DNA of 64,000 nucleotides from an uncultured Chloroflexia bacterium (lineage in GTDB: Bacteria > Chloroflexota > Anaerolineae > JAAYZQ01): the NCBI GenBank assembly GCA_963700285.1, contig CAVOXA010000014.1:288001-352000 (forward strand), given 5' to 3'. Made by a program: the position numbers and the translations under genes. This document shows, in pieces, positions 62,201-64,000 of this stretch; position 1 is the first letter of the stretch; the number at the start of each line of letters is the position of its first letter. Below the pieces are notes generated by a model that worked only from the letters and a program-made list of their open reading frames with translations, did no database searches and was not told the origin of the DNA.

Positions 62201-63628
62201 TCACCCATGCGAGCTTCGATCCGGCTGGTACGTATCGCGGCCAAGAGAGCCGCATGATCGCGTTCGTTTTGATCGGCGTAGGCCAGGCCGAAAGTCGGAC
62301 AGGGCGTCCTCAAACGCCTCGCTCTTGCCCATATAGCCCGTCAACACCGCCGCGTCGCCGGAACGGGTATGGGCCCGCGCCAGAGTCTGCCCGCACAGGG
62401 TGGCATAGCCCTTCAGATTTGCAGGCGCCATGACCTCCACCACAGGCTTGATCTTGGCATCCCGCAATTGGCGGGCGTAATAATGATGTCCCTGGCGGGC
62501 AGCGGTATACCAGCCCAGGAATAGATCGCCGGCGGCCTGCATCAGCCGTTGGCCGACGACGACCCGCTGTCCGGCGTGCGCATAGGGGCTGGTGCCGGCA
62601 TAGGGTTCCAGCACCGATTGCCGCGCTTGTTTGAACTGCAGGAAGAGCGGATCGCCGTTGCCAGAGATAAACAGGGCGATTCCACAGAACGTGCCCACGC
62701 TGCCGACGCCGACAACCTTCATGGCCACATCGACAGGCTGGTAGCGGCTCAACAGTACGCGCCGATCTGCAGGGACCGAGGCGAGATAGCTGGCTATCGA
62801 TTGCTCTGAGTCGGCGCGAAACTTGTCCGAACGGATATCGTCGTAGTGGAAGATGAGCGGCGGCTGGTCGATGATGCGCGGCGGGTCGCCAGCGGCATAG
62901 GTCAGCCTGGCAAACTCCGTTTCATGGGCGGATTGGCCTTTGGCGGAATCCAGTTTCCTGGTGTAGAAGCGCTTCATCTGCTTGTCGGCCATATTGGCAA
63001 TGATCTCTTCCATATCCATCGCCTCGTACCAGGCATCCAGGACCGGCATGGACGCGTACCTAGTGATCGACTGCCGGTAGCTCTGCGCCGCCAGCCAGGC
63101 AGCTTCGCGGCAATCGGCCTTGTTAAAACCATTGGAGCGCCCCGCGATCACAAAGCTAGCGGCCAGGCGTTTCACGTCCCATTCCCAGGGAGCGATCGAT
63201 GTCTCGTCAAAGTCGTTGATGTCAAAGATATGCCTGCGTTCCGCGGTGGCAAAGCCGCCAAAGTTCAGCAAATGGCAGTCCCCGCAGATCTGCAGGTTCA
63301 GGCCGGTAGCCGGCGTATAGGACAGATCGTAGGCCATGATCGCCGCCGCACCGCGGTAGAAGGCGAAGGGACTGGCCGCCATACGCCCATAGCGAATGGG
63401 AACGAGATCCTCCATCCTTCCTTGACTGTTCTCGACCAACAGGTCGATGGGATCGGCGCGATCCGCGGGCGGGTGCCACGCAGCTTGCGACGCGCGGGAA
63501 CACTGCTGGCGCAGGGCCCGGCCGGCGTCGACGCGCTCCTCCGGCCGGAGGATATGTGTTTGGGGCAATTCGGCTGCGAAAGCTTGGGACTCTGTTTCCT
63601 GGTTAGTCGGTCTCTGTACTTGGGTCAT
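62197..63628 (-). CDS. DUF2252-family (kinase-like) protein; extra T near 62291-62293
   Basis: RYGRMAASPFAFYRG.A, CGDCHL.NFG, FDINDFDE, KVVGVGSVG and RQLRD.K. Removing one base restores F..AYADQNERDH and a stop at 62197. Confidence 0.9.
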
Positions 63629-63957
63629 TTCCCTCTCCTAATGCTAGTTCGTTCTGTTTGTTATGCTCACTTCTGGCCGCTGCACGCCGGGAAGGCCGCC
63701 AGATCCGGCCGGCAAGGCCGTGAGAGTGGTCCCCAATGGGTCTATACGGCGCGTGCGCTTTGATTGTCATGCTCGGCCAACGCCTGCCAGGCCCCTGGCA
63801 GGGCATACTCCACCAGCCTCTGGGCTGGCAAGGGGTTTTTGGCGGTGCGCAGCCGGCGCGGATGGAGCCGAAATTGGGGCAGCCGAAGTGGCTGCATGGC
63901 TGTGCAGATGAGAGTTGACACGGCCCTCTCGACCGTCACCGCCTATCTCAGATTAGA

Positions 63958-63986
63958 ATTATATCACAGGGCAAGCGAATGGTCAA
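63958..63986 (-). promoter_or_regulatory. sigma70 promoter upstream of the DUF2252 gene
   Basis: TTGACC-N17-TATAAT with an extended -10 TG. Confidence 0.7.
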
Positions 63987-64000
63987 TACTGGAAGACGAA

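Overview
GC-rich bacterial chromosomal segment, most likely from a monoderm Chloroflexota (Anaerolineae-like) genome or MAG. That taxonomy is inferred from C-terminal 'YLP(L/I)' motifs on secreted proteins, Pro/Thr-rich lipoprotein linkers, an RND pump with no outer-membrane factor in view, and anaerobic PFOR. From left to right: (1) a two-permease CusA/CzcA-type RND locus with a lipoprotein adaptor; (2) a surface-protein cluster containing a ~4,490-aa protein (10 LamG + 9 FN3 modules, a metallophosphoesterase, further beta-sandwich domains), two neighbours that share modules with it, an IS630 relic and a 12-repeat beta-propeller; (3) a GntR-led operon encoding a xylose-isomerase-like enzyme, a form IV RuBisCO-like protein (RLP) with an unusual active site, and TPP-dependent E1 alpha/beta subunits without E2/E3, which is the best candidate for an undescribed pathway; (4) further carbohydrate genes (ALO-type FAD oxidase, GH63, FGGY kinase, clan GH-A hydrolase, RraA-like aldolase); (5) housekeeping genes (ruvB, TraR/DksA, nifJ plus a DHOD-like gene, GNAT, smc, DapA family, DUF2252). 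Many near-consensus sigma70 promoters and REP-like palindromes are visible. Numerous single-base indels, concentrated in conserved genes, look like assembly or consensus errors rather than true pseudogenes. No rRNA, tRNA or CRISPR array was seen. All family calls come from motif recognition by eye; no searches were run.
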